Shown here: in pieces, positions 1 through 9,934 of the stretch | Layout of the letters: each line of letters opens with the position of its first letter | Numbering within the stretch: the first letter of the stretch is position 1 | Source: Promethearchaeota archaeon | Lineage (GTDB): Archaea; Asgardarchaeota; Lokiarchaeia; Sigyniarchaeales; SOKP01 | Length of the DNA stretch: 27,369 bases | Direction: 5' to 3' | Assembly: GCA_016926735.1 (NCBI GenBank) | Contig: JAFGOA010000175.1 | Span: forward strand, 1 to 27,369 | Program-made: the position numbers and the translations under genes | The notes under the pieces: model-generated | What the model saw: only the letters and a program-made list of their open reading frames with translations | What the model was told of the DNA's origin: nothing | The model's database searches: none

Positions 1-1392
1 AAGCATTATTTCCTCTCCTTTTTCCATTTTTTTTTGTCTTTTATGGAAAGCATCTCTCATTTCTTTGTATAACCAACCAGTAGATAAAACCTTATCAATC
101 GATCCTGCACTCTTTATTTTATCAATATATTTCCATACTCGATTTTCAATTTCATCTGTTAACCATTCAATATAATAGGACCCAGCCAATGGATCAACTG
201 TATTTGTGATTCTAGTTTCATCTTCAATAATTTGTTGAGTTCTGAGAGCAACTAAAGCTGCTTTTTCTGAAGGTAAACAAATTGCTTCATCATAAGAGTT
301 AGTATGTAAAGATTGACATCCTCCTAATGTAGCTTCAAGAGCTTGAATTGCAGTTCTGGCAATATTAACTTCGGGCATTTGAGCTGTTAAAGAACTTCCA
401 GCAGTCTGTACGTGAAATCTGAACTGTTGTGATTTAGGATCTTTAGCACCATAATTATCTTTAATTAATTTAGCCCAAATTCTTCGTGCTGCTCGATACT
501 TAGCAATCTCTTCAAAAAAATCTTTATGAGCAGAAAGGTGAAATGCTAATCGATTCACAAAATCGTCAATTTTCCAACTTCTTTCAATTAAATTATCGAT
601 GTGTGAACAAGCGCTTGAAAAAACAAACCCTAATTCTTGAACAGCATCAATTCCTCCTTCTCTATAATTATACCCTGTGAAATTAATAGGATGCCACTTA
701 GGTACATTTTTCATTGGAACAGTCCATTCAATAAAATCACATGCTAATCGAAGCAAATGATTAGGTGGAACATTTTTATAAGGAATATACCCAACTGTCA
801 TTGTTAATATATCATTTTGCGTAGTCCCCATGAGAGTTTTTATATCATAACCTTTCGTTTGAGCCATATTAAAATACATTGAACAAACAGGAGCAGATGT
901 AAAAGGCTCAACTACCAATGCTACGCTAATTTTATCAATAGGAATATCTTTCGTAAGAGCAAATAAGCTATCTATACAATAAAGAGGGACACCTGATGTT
1001 CCCACCTCAGGAGCACCATCTTTATTTAAAGGATCAATCCCATTAAATGTTAAAGCATCAACAGCAGCACTAAATCCCGTCTCACCATGTTGATATAAAA
1101 ATTTCCATCTTTCATTAGTTTCTTCAGGGGTACCATGACCACTAAATAATCTCATTGTCCAACTTTTTCCTCTATACATTGATGGATATGGTCCTCTTGT
1201 ATATGGGGGTATTCCTGGAAAGCTTATTTTTTCAAAATAATTTTCTTTAATATCAAGAGGAGTGTATAGGTTTTTTATAGGTATCCCTGAATCCGTTTCA
1301 AATTTTCGGTTGCGTTCTATAATATTTTTATTTTTTTCATCCCAGTCTTCTTTTTCTTTTTTTATTTGTTCTAAAAATTCTTTATCGTACAT
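1..1392 (-). CDS. B12-dependent acyl-CoA mutase, large (substrate-binding) subunit of the methylmalonyl-CoA mutase family; partial, 3' end runs off the window
   Basis: Not in the ORF track; translated by hand from ATG at 1392, open to position 1 (464 codons). Family motifs: PGIPPYTRGPYPSMYRGKSWTMR, GTTQNDIL, FFEEIAKYRAARRIWA, FRFHVQTAGSSLTAQ, LGGCQSLHTNSYDEA, VDPLAGSYYIE. Confidence 0.95.
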   Translation of the reverse strand, partial: MYDKEFLEQIKKEKEDWDEKNKNIIERNRKFETDSGIPIKNLYTPLDIKENYFEKISFPGIPPYTRGPYPSMYRGKSWTMRLFSGHGTPEETNERWKFLYQHGETGFSAAVDALTFNGIDPLNKDGAPEVGTSGVPLYCIDSLFALTKDIPIDKISVALVVEPFTSAPVCSMYFNMAQTKGYDIKTLMGTTQNDILTMTVGYIPYKNVPPNHLLRLACDFIEWTVPMKNVPKWHPINFTGYNYREGGIDAVQELGFVFSSACSHIDNLIERSWKIDDFVNRLAFHLSAHKDFFEEIAKYRAARRIWAKLIKDNYGAKDPKSQQFRFHVQTAGSSLTAQMPEVNIARTAIQALEATLGGCQSLHTNSYDEAICLPSEKAALVALRTQQIIEDETRITNTVDPLAGSYYIEWLTDEIENRVWKYIDKIKSAGSIDKVLSTGWLYKEMRDAFHKRQKKMEKGEEIML

Positions 1393-1709
1393 TATTACCA
1401 AGTAATTCAAAAATAGTAGATTCTTCTATTTATAATATTCAAATTAAAAAAATACTCTAAAAAATTTATATTCTTTTAATTTACAGAATAAATATCTTAA
1501 TTTCAGATTTATTCTATTCTCTTTTCTAACTGAATAAACTATAAATATATTACTAACCTAATGATCAAATTAGAATACATTTGGAATTGATCAAAATTAA
1601 AATATGAATTACTTAATTATTAAAATATATCAAATACCTTTTTTTCCTTAAATTAATATGAAATGAAAAAAAAAAGGATATGTATATCAAAAAATTTCAT
1701 AATTATTCC

Positions 1710-1738
1710 ATATTGATTTTTAAAACATTAATCAATAT
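1710..1738. promoter_or_regulatory. Possible operator: 9-bp inverted repeat ATATTGATT-N11-AATCAATAT around a TATA-like TTTTAAAA, upstream of the protease gene
   Basis: Arms at 1710-1718 and 1730-1738 are exact reverse complements. The AT-rich background lowers significance. Confidence 0.3.
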
Positions 1739-1761
1739 TATCTATTAAGCTCAATTCCAGG

Positions 1762-4700
1762 ATGTTATTACTACTTATGAAGAAAAAACAACAAATTTTA
1801 TCTTTATTTTTATTGGTACTAATAATTATTCAAATATTTTGCTCAAATTTACAATTTAATGAATTTTTTTATCCAAAGAAGAATAATGATGAAGGATCGC
1901 TCAATTATCAAGATGTTCAAGATATAAAAAAGAACTGGACTATTTTAATCTATTTGGATGGAGATAATAATCTAGAATATGATGCTATTAGAGACTTTTT
2001 AGAAATGTCTTCTATTGGATCGGATGAGAATATTAATATAATCGTTCAATTTGATAGAATTTCAGATTATAATAATTATTATGATGATTGGACTACAACA
2101 AAAAGATTTTTTATTACAAAAGGAATGATCCCAAATTCAAATAATGCAATTATGGATTTAGGAGAACTCAACATGGGTGATCCAAAAACATTAACAGATT
2201 TTATTTTATGGGGCGTAAATCTCTATTCTTCAGAATATTATGCTTTAATAATATGGGATCATGGTGATGGATGGGAATCGCTTTCTAACGATTACACTAA
2301 CGATAATGATTTTTTGACAATATCAGAATTAGGATCTGCGTTATCAAATGCAGGGCATATTTTTGATTTAGTTGGATTCGATGCATGTAAAATGAGTATG
2401 GCTGAAGTACATACTCAAATAAAAGATTGGGCAAAATTATGTGTAAGTTCTCAAAATTTAGAATCTATATCTGGATGGCCTTATAATACTATTTTAACTG
2501 ATCTCGCAGAAAATCCAAATATGCTTCCCTCTGATTTTGGAAAAATTATAGTTAACAGATATTATGAATATTATTGTTATTATCAATATTATTATGATGA
2601 TTATTCTACACTTTCATTGGTGAATTTATCTCAATATAACTTATTTATACAATCAATAAATGATTTTTCCAATATTTTAATCGAAGAATATGATAATATA
2701 TTTCAAGAAATTCATTTTTCTCGATTAAAATGTGTAGATCAATATATGTCAGCGGAATATGTCGATTTATATCATTTTGTTGAGGAAATATATAAAATTG
2801 TTCAAAATCCTACAGTTAAAAGTTCAGCTAATAATCTTATGGCATTAATTGAAGTAATGATTCTAGAAAATTGTGTTATTAATCCTAATTTTAACTTAAA
2901 TGGAATAGGTGTATATTTTCCAATAAATAATTTTGATTATAATTATAAAAGTATTTCATTTTCTGAATTAACAATTTGGAATGAATTTCTAGAGTGTTAT
3001 TATGGTTATAGGATAATAGATGATAATTATGAAGACAATGATAATCGAGATTCTGCATATAATCTAATATCAAATAGACAAAAATGGTTGAGTTCATTAC
3101 AGGGACTTGGCTATCAGAGAGATGAGGATTGGTATCGTATTCAGGTAAACCCAGAAGAAAATACTCTTATTTTAAAACTGAACTTTACTCATTCTATTGA
3201 TTATATAGGAATCACTCTATATAATGAAAATGGGAGGATAGTAAAAAATAGAGTAACCTCTTCAAATAATATTTATTTTACAATTATACTTATGGATGGA
3301 ATATATCTTATCAAAATTGATGGTAATAATGGAGGAAATCCATATGATTTATTTTGGAATAGTTCCATGTTCATAGGTGATGATAATTATGAAGACAATG
3401 ATAATTATAGTGATAGTTATGATTTAGATCCATTTGAAAATAAGGATTTATATATGATTAATGGTTCTGCAATTCAAGCAGATGATGATTGGTATAGAAT
3501 AAATATTAATGTATGGTATGAAAAAAGAGTCGTAATTAATCTTTATTATAACAATGATTTTGGTAATATTGATATTGATCTTTATAACTCATCACTATTT
3601 TTAATCGATCAAGCAATTTCAGATTCAAATGATGAAAAATTAGAACTTACAGTGCCAAACACAGGAATATATTATATTAAAATCTATGGAGAGAATCAAA
3701 CAAATGTATATAATTTAAAATGGGATTCTATAGAAGATGATATTTTTGAAAGTAATAATGAGTATAATTCTTCATTTAACCTTTCTTCATACAAAGATCA
3801 GTGGACTTCATATTGGTCTAGAGAACATGATGTATTAGGAGATGCTATTTATGGTTATCAATGGGATAATGATTGGTATTGTGTTCAAATTGATTCAAAT
3901 TATTCTCGTCTCAGTATTGATGTTAAAAATCTATATGCAGACATCACACGTATGCGTAATTGGTATTTACGTATTGAAATCTATAATATAACAGATAATT
4001 CTTTAAAATATTTAACTGGAACATCCTCCTCTTATTATACTTTAAATATTGATTATATAATAAAGGCACCAGGTATATATTACTTTTTAATTATGGGAGA
4101 GAATAAAGGAGCCAAATATGATCTACGATGGGGCATTTACTCTCCTAATGATGATAAATGTGAAGAAAATGACAATTCTATAAATGCATTTGATATTTCT
4201 GAAAATGAACAAATGTGGTTAAGTGATATTAAAGATTATGGAATTCAATCTGATGATGATTGGTATAAAATATATGTTGATGATGGAGAAGAGTATATTC
4301 GAATAAAATTATTTGCAATGATGACTCAATATAGCCAATTTTTTATTGACTTATATTATGAGAATTTAACCTTAGTTCAAACTCAATCAACATACACAGT
4401 TATGGGATATAACAATTATTATCCTTTTATAATTGATCAAAAGCTTAATTCCTCGGGGTATTATCTAATAAAGATTTATGGAAATAATAATAGTGATATA
4501 TATGACTTATGGTGGAATGATGTACCAGTTATAAATGATAAGTATGAGGAAAATAACAATTTTGAAACAGCATATGATATATCTGGAAATGAAGGCATTT
4601 GGTTAAAGGATATCAATGGTTTAGGTGTAATATTAGAAGATGATGAGGATTGGTATGAAATATATATTAGTCCTGAAGAGGAATATTTATATGTAAATTT

Positions 4701-6654
4701 GACATTCTCCAGAATTACTGGAGGAGATCTTGATTTAGGCCTGTATGACATTAATGGCAATCTTATAAAAAAAGAGGATATCTATGATGATTATGAATTT
4801 ATGAGCTTATTCCTTCCATCTGGGAAATACTATTTATTAGTATCTAGTGGTAATTATGGGATTGAATATAATTTGTATTGGGATGATGTGCAAAACCTTG
4901 TTGATGATAATTACGAAAATAATGATAATTATACTACAGCTTTTCCCTTGAAATTTAACAAATATCTTTATGCTCTAAATGGTTTTGGAATACAAATTGA
5001 TGATGATTGGTATTTAATTGATCTTATTGAGCATGATTGGATGGTATATATAATAAATATTCAAGTCCTTTATAATAATTCAAGGGGGAATATTTATGTT
5101 GAACTATATAATTCCTCACATTATCTTGTTGCTTCTGATTATTCGTCAAGTGGCAATATTTATTTAAATGATCTAGCTATAAATCAAAAGTGTTATTTAA
5201 GAATATTTGGTGAAAATAAATCTGTAATTTATAATGTTAAATACGATATTGTTCAATATGAGGATTGTAATGAGCTAAATAATGATTATACACAAGCACA
5301 TGACATCGTTGAGTCAGAAGACATACGTTGTTATCAAAATGATGATGATTGGTATAAAATAAACATAACTCATGGTTATCAATATCTTCATATAAGGTTG
5401 TTATTTGAATCCTATGAGGGATATCTAAATCTTAATATTTTTGATGAGAATCTTTTATTCATAAAAAATTATTCAATCATACATAGTTATGATTATCAAT
5501 ATTTTTATCAATTTCTCCCCTCTGAAGGTATTTATTATATACAATTTAATGGTTCAAATACAGGGGAATATTATCGTTTTTGTTGTAATTATTTGGAAAA
5601 TCCCCCTAATGATAACTATGAAAATAACAATGATTTTGATACAGCTTTCGACTTATCAAGATATAGAAGAACTTGGCTTAGTTCTATAAATGGATCAGGG
5701 ACGTATTTAGATAATGATTGGTTTAAATTTAATATTACTTCAGATGAGAAATTACTGATTTTAAAATTAACATATTTATTTACAATGGGGAATCTTAATA
5801 TTGTTTTATATAATTCTTCCCATCATTTAATTCAATATAATATTTCTGAAAATAATGATATCTATTGGAAATTTAATTTAAGCTCAAAAGGGATTTATTA
5901 TTTAGAGATTAATGGTTCTTATGGTCTTTATTATGATTTATGGTGGGATGATGTAGAAAATGATATCCCAATAATCTTAAATATTTCTCCTAAAAATGAA
6001 TCCTTTGGAATAAGGAATCAGATATTATTGAATTTTACTCTTTTTGATTCTGATGGAGATTTATTGAATGTTCATATTTATAATGCTAAAGAACATAAGA
6101 AAATGTATTCAATATTTGGGATTCATTCTAATTCTTCTTATACATATTTATGGGATGATTTATCAACTCAACAGATATATTCTTGGTTTATTCTTGTAGA
6201 TGATGGGCTATCTCAAGTTTCATCTTCTTTTCTCGTATTTCTAACATGTTTACCACCAAATCAACCTGAAAGTCCAACCCCCTCAGTTGGAGCTATTGAT
6301 ATTGGATTAGATCCTGAATTATGTATTTCTATTTCTGATCCTGATAGTGATTTTCTCAATATATCCTTCTATAATGCATTTGATGATAGTTTAATCGATA
6401 CTTTATACAATGTAAATAATAATACAGAAATTTCTTTGATTTGGAAAAATCTTTCAGAAGGTACCTTTTATGAATGGTATGTCATTATTGATGATGGATT
6501 TTTTCAAATAAAATCTCAAATATGGTCTTTTAAAACAATAAATATTGAAAATAATCAATATTTTCCATTAATTCTTCTCACAATCTCAATGGCGTGTATT
6601 TTAGGAGCGGGAGGAGGGTTATATATCATTTTTCAGAGAAAAAAAGCTAAATAG
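1762..6654 (+). CDS. Large cell-surface clostripain-family (peptidase C11) cysteine protease with 8 PPC-like repeats, 2 Ig/FN3-like repeats and a C-terminal membrane anchor
   Basis: C11 motifs WTILIYLDGDNNLE, ELNMGDPKTL, WDHGDGW (His167) and GFDACKM (Cys209). Basic-hydrophobic N-terminus (real start may be the ATG at 1777). C-terminal hydrophobic helix followed by RKKAK. Many NxS/T sequons. Confidence 0.88.
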   Translation: MLLLLMKKKQQILSLFLLVLIIIQIFCSNLQFNEFFYPKKNNDEGSLNYQDVQDIKKNWTILIYLDGDNNLEYDAIRDFLEMSSIGSDENINIIVQFDRISDYNNYYDDWTTTKRFFITKGMIPNSNNAIMDLGELNMGDPKTLTDFILWGVNLYSSEYYALIIWDHGDGWESLSNDYTNDNDFLTISELGSALSNAGHIFDLVGFDACKMSMAEVHTQIKDWAKLCVSSQNLESISGWPYNTILTDLAENPNMLPSDFGKIIVNRYYEYYCYYQYYYDDYSTLSLVNLSQYNLFIQSINDFSNILIEEYDNIFQEIHFSRLKCVDQYMSAEYVDLYHFVEEIYKIVQNPTVKSSANNLMALIEVMILENCVINPNFNLNGIGVYFPINNFDYNYKSISFSELTIWNEFLECYYGYRIIDDNYEDNDNRDSAYNLISNRQKWLSSLQGLGYQRDEDWYRIQVNPEENTLILKLNFTHSIDYIGITLYNENGRIVKNRVTSSNNIYFTIILMDGIYLIKIDGNNGGNPYDLFWNSSMFIGDDNYEDNDNYSDSYDLDPFENKDLYMINGSAIQADDDWYRININVWYEKRVVINLYYNNDFGNIDIDLYNSSLFLIDQAISDSNDEKLELTVPNTGIYYIKIYGENQTNVYNLKWDSIEDDIFESNNEYNSSFNLSSYKDQWTSYWSREHDVLGDAIYGYQWDNDWYCVQIDSNYSRLSIDVKNLYADITRMRNWYLRIEIYNITDNSLKYLTGTSSSYYTLNIDYIIKAPGIYYFLIMGENKGAKYDLRWGIYSPNDDKCEENDNSINAFDISENEQMWLSDIKDYGIQSDDDWYKIYVDDGEEYIRIKLFAMMTQYSQFFIDLYYENLTLVQTQSTYTVMGYNNYYPFIIDQKLNSSGYYLIKIYGNNNSDIYDLWWNDVPVINDKYEENNNFETAYDISGNEGIWLKDINGLGVILEDDEDWYEIYISPEEEYLYVNLTFSRITGGDLDLGLYDINGNLIKKEDIYDDYEFMSLFLPSGKYYLLVSSGNYGIEYNLYWDDVQNLVDDNYENNDNYTTAFPLKFNKYLYALNGFGIQIDDDWYLIDLIEHDWMVYIINIQVLYNNSRGNIYVELYNSSHYLVASDYSSSGNIYLNDLAINQKCYLRIFGENKSVIYNVKYDIVQYEDCNELNNDYTQAHDIVESEDIRCYQNDDDWYKINITHGYQYLHIRLLFESYEGYLNLNIFDENLLFIKNYSIIHSYDYQYFYQFLPSEGIYYIQFNGSNTGEYYRFCCNYLENPPNDNYENNNDFDTAFDLSRYRRTWLSSINGSGTYLDNDWFKFNITSDEKLLILKLTYLFTMGNLNIVLYNSSHHLIQYNISENNDIYWKFNLSSKGIYYLEINGSYGLYYDLWWDDVENDIPIILNISPKNESFGIRNQILLNFTLFDSDGDLLNVHIYNAKEHKKMYSIFGIHSNSSYTYLWDDLSTQQIYSWFILVDDGLSQVSSSFLVFLTCLPPNQPESPTPSVGAIDIGLDPELCISISDPDSDFLNISFYNAFDDSLIDTLYNVNNNTEISLIWKNLSEGTFYEWYVIIDDGFFQIKSQIWSFKTINIENNQYFPLILLTISMACILGAGGGLYIIFQRKKAK
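3016..5949 (+). repeat. Eight intragenic tandem ~120-aa repeats (D-D-x-Y-E-x-N-D/N ... D-x-D-W-Y ... G-x-Y-Y ... Y-x-L-x-W)
   Basis: Eight copies counted in the translation. An identical 27-bp stretch gatgataattatgaagacaatgataat occurs at 3019-3045 and 3379-3405, exactly 360 bp apart. Confidence 0.9.
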
Positions 6655-6786
6655 AGTTATAACAATCAGACTTTTATTAATTGTATCTTATTTATTAAAT
6701 AGTTCAAAAACTACACATCAACTCTTTTTAAACAGAAAAAAATTGACTAAGCAAAAACTTTTTTTTTTTATTTATTTATTCTTTTT

Positions 6787-7344
6787 ATGAAATCAAAATT
6801 AATTAATAAAAACACCCTAATCAGTTTATCAGTATTAGTTGGATTAACGATTCTTGGGATTGGGACATATAGTATTTTAAATACAAATTCTGTTTTTCCT
6901 GTTACTGATGATGATTCTCTTTCTATAAAAAGGATTTATTTTGCAAATTATACAGAACAAATTGATATTGGTTTTTATTTTGGATACACAGATCCCCTAT
7001 CAATGATTATATCTCTAGAAACTAATGACGCTCTTTATATTAATTTTAATAGTTATTTAGATTGTTATGGTAATTATGGGATGGGAGGTGATCCAGTAAT
7101 AAACGTAAACCTTGCGCTCTATCTGAATGATACACAGCTTTCCCATAATATGGTTATGTGGTTTGAACTTCCAATAAATGATGGACAAATATATTTTAGA
7201 TATCCTTTATCATTACAATGGTTTGATACGAATATAAGTCCTGGAATATATAATCTATCTATATGGGCATCAAATCAAGGAGCAAACACAAATTGTGATT
7301 TTTATTCATCTTCTTTATTTGCTCAAGTGTATAGTATAAACTAA
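6787..7344 (+). CDS. Hypothetical membrane-anchored/secreted beta-rich protein
   Basis: 185-aa ORF with an N-terminal basic + hydrophobic segment, beta-strand-like patterning and several NxS/T sequons. Confidence 0.75.
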   Translation: MKSKLINKNTLISLSVLVGLTILGIGTYSILNTNSVFPVTDDDSLSIKRIYFANYTEQIDIGFYFGYTDPLSMIISLETNDALYINFNSYLDCYGNYGMGGDPVINVNLALYLNDTQLSHNMVMWFELPINDGQIYFRYPLSLQWFDTNISPGIYNLSIWASNQGANTNCDFYSSSLFAQVYSIN

Positions 7345-7575
7345 TAACATTATAAACATTTTTTTTTTAAATTTTATAATAAATATATTAGTTTTATAAA
7401 TAATCCCTAGTTTATATGACATTATTCTTAATATCAATCAACTGGAAAATTTTTTATTAGAATAAATCGAATTATATTAGCCGTTGCTGGAAATTATATA
7501 ATTTATATTTTAAAAATAACAGGCATTTATGTTTGTGTTGATGATTTTTCTATTTATAAAAAAAAATATATAAAA

Positions 7576-8883
7576 TTATTCAAGAGTCTTCCATTTTTTG
7601 ATAATCATTCCAGGGATTTCAAGATTAGCTTGCATTGGAGTACAACCAGGAAAGAAATGGGTATTTGATGTTAAATTCTTATGTTCTTTAGCACAATCAC
7701 CAATAACAAAAACTTCCTTATCGCTATCTTTTACATCATCTGGAATAAAAGCATTTTTTCCAAGGATGAAAATTGGTTCTTCTTTATTTTTCTCAAATTT
7801 AGGAAAGGTAAAAGCAAGACCATCACAAATCGCTCTTGTTAAAGCTTTACAGACATAGCAAGGACATCCTTCTAAAATTCTTACTCCCTTATAAATACCA
7901 TTACATTCATTTGAAGGTTTAATGAAGTCTCTTTTTACATTCTCAATAGGGGTTCCTAATAGTTCAATTTTATCTAAATCCATTGGACCTGCCCCAAGAT
8001 GAGCACCTAAACGTATTGTTCTAATTTCTTTTGGATCGAATCCCATTACTCTTGCGCATATTGCATCTGTGGCGACAACATTATCTCCAACAATAATAGT
8101 ATTCATATCCGTAATAGTCATATAGTCATGACCTCTCATTGGTATCGGTCCTTGACCTTGAACAGCCCAAATACCAGAAATAACAGTCAGACGTGGAGGT
8201 AATGTTCTGGTAATATCTACAAACTTTAAACTTAATTTACCATCATGAGCTATCATTTTGTCTTCCCATTTAAAGATACCTTGATAATTTTTCATTCCTA
8301 AAGTAACTGTTTCAAAAGAATGGGTTTTCATAGCAGGACAATTTATAAAAGCAACATTATCTCTGGTTAAGATTTCAGGTACATGAATTTTAGCCATTGC
8401 ATTAGCAGGCTTTTTAATTTCAATTTCTACCCTTTCCATATTGTTAAAATCGACAACTTTACCACCCATAGATTCAACAGCTGCCTCCACTCCAGAAATA
8501 TCCAAAGTTATACATGCTTGCCACCGATCATGATAATCAAAAGCACATGTTTCACCAATAATCACTTCTTTTGCATTTGCTTTTTCTAGGGCTAATTTTG
8601 TAATAGCTGCTAATACTCTCGCATCTGTATTTGCTGCACCCTGCAAATCTATACATTCTTCTCCAGTTTTTTTATCAACTCTCACGGACCCAAAATAAGT
8701 ACAACAATTAGGTTTTAGTACAACAGTCTCATCTGGTTTAATATATCTATCTATTCCTCCAAGAAGATTAAAAGATTCATCTACCATGTCTAATACAATT
8801 TGAAATTCTTCTTCTGTATATTTACTTGGTAATCCTGGAATTTCTTCTCTATGTACTATCGCAACTTTTGTCAATAATTCCAC
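7576..8883 (-). CDS. DUF362 domain protein with a Cys-rich C-terminal (probable Fe-S) domain
   Basis: VVLKPN, IIGET, PAMKTH..TVTLGMKN, G.GP, DNVVATDA; C-terminal GCPCYVC, GDCA and PGCTP. GTG start. Confidence 0.85.
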   Translation of the reverse strand: MELLTKVAIVHREEIPGLPSKYTEEEFQIVLDMVDESFNLLGGIDRYIKPDETVVLKPNCCTYFGSVRVDKKTGEECIDLQGAANTDARVLAAITKLALEKANAKEVIIGETCAFDYHDRWQACITLDISGVEAAVESMGGKVVDFNNMERVEIEIKKPANAMAKIHVPEILTRDNVAFINCPAMKTHSFETVTLGMKNYQGIFKWEDKMIAHDGKLSLKFVDITRTLPPRLTVISGIWAVQGQGPIPMRGHDYMTITDMNTIIVGDNVVATDAICARVMGFDPKEIRTIRLGAHLGAGPMDLDKIELLGTPIENVKRDFIKPSNECNGIYKGVRILEGCPCYVCKALTRAICDGLAFTFPKFEKNKEEPIFILGKNAFIPDDVKDSDKEVFVIGDCAKEHKNLTSNTHFFPGCTPMQANLEIPGMIIKKWKTLE

Positions 8884-9042
8884 CTTTAAATATCGTAATT
8901 AAAATTATAATAACAGTTTTAAATTTATAAAATATATAACCATAAAAAATTTTATTCTTAAAGAATTTTAAATTTAAATGATTGAATATTTATCATAATG
9001 AATAAAGTATTATAAAATAATCACAAATAGACTGGATTTAAG

Positions 9043-9837
9043 ATGAATAGAAAGTTTGAAGGAAAAACAGCCTTTATCACTGGAGGCGGTTCTGGATTAG
9101 GAGAAGCAATAGCTAAGGATTTTGCATTACAAGGCGCAAATGTTGTAATTTTTGATATCAGTGTTGAAAATGGAAAGAGAATAGAAGAAGAAATACAATC
9201 TAAAGGAGGACACGCATTATTTACAGAGGGAGATGTTAAAAATTCAAAATCTGTAGAAGAATGTGTTGCAAAAGCATTTGATAAGTTCGGAACAGTTGAT
9301 TTTCTTATTAATTCTGCTGGAATTCTAAGAGATGGATTAATTCATAAATTATCAGAAGAAAAGTGGGATTTGGTTATGAATATTAATCTAAAAGGAAGTT
9401 TCTTATGTTTAAAGGAATGTTCAAAAAGATGGATTGAAGCCGTCAAGAATAACCGTAAAGAACATATAGTTGATTATCCAGATAAAAGAGTAATAAATAT
9501 CTCAAGTATAGCATCTGAAGGGAGCATTGGACAAATTAATTACGTCGCATCAAAAGCAGGAATAATTGGACTAACAAAAACAGCTGCTATGGAACTTATA
9601 AGATATAATATAAGGACACACGCTATTATGCCAACTTTAATTGAAACTCCAATTTTAGGAGATGTGTTAGAAAAAGAAGATGGTAAATGGAGAAAATATT
9701 ATGAGGGTAGAATTCCATTAGGTATTGGAAAACCTCGATATGTTTCTGATGCTATTCAATTTTTATGTAGTGAAGATTCATGGTTTATGAATGGCGTAAT
9801 TCTACCAATCAATGGAGGACGATTAGGTCCGCTCTAA
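9043..9837 (+). CDS. SDR family oxidoreductase (FabG-like, probably NAD-preferring)
   Basis: TGGGSGLG, NSAG, NISS and catalytic YVASK; acidic residue after beta-2 (VIFD). Confidence 0.93.
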   Translation: MNRKFEGKTAFITGGGSGLGEAIAKDFALQGANVVIFDISVENGKRIEEEIQSKGGHALFTEGDVKNSKSVEECVAKAFDKFGTVDFLINSAGILRDGLIHKLSEEKWDLVMNINLKGSFLCLKECSKRWIEAVKNNRKEHIVDYPDKRVINISSIASEGSIGQINYVASKAGIIGLTKTAAMELIRYNIRTHAIMPTLIETPILGDVLEKEDGKWRKYYEGRIPLGIGKPRYVSDAIQFLCSEDSWFMNGVILPINGGRLGPL

Positions 9838-9934
9838 AATATTAGAGTTTGTATACAATATTTTTCTTTTAATTTTTCTTTTACTTTAATTATCATTTAA
9901 TAAATTTTTTAAGCATATTATTAAAAATTATCAT

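Noticed and set aside
2891-5689. ORFs 2891-3097(-), 4476-4760(-) and 5489-5689(+)
   Set aside because: Shadow or alternate-frame ORFs inside the protease gene, with no motifs.
3016-5949. Repeats read as a CRISPR array or as DGR template/variable repeats
   Set aside because: They are in-frame ~360-bp protein repeats diverged at all bases. No reverse transcriptase or cas gene is present.
7598-8589. ORFs 7598-7858(+) and 8383-8589(+)
   Set aside because: Antisense to the well-supported DUF362 gene.
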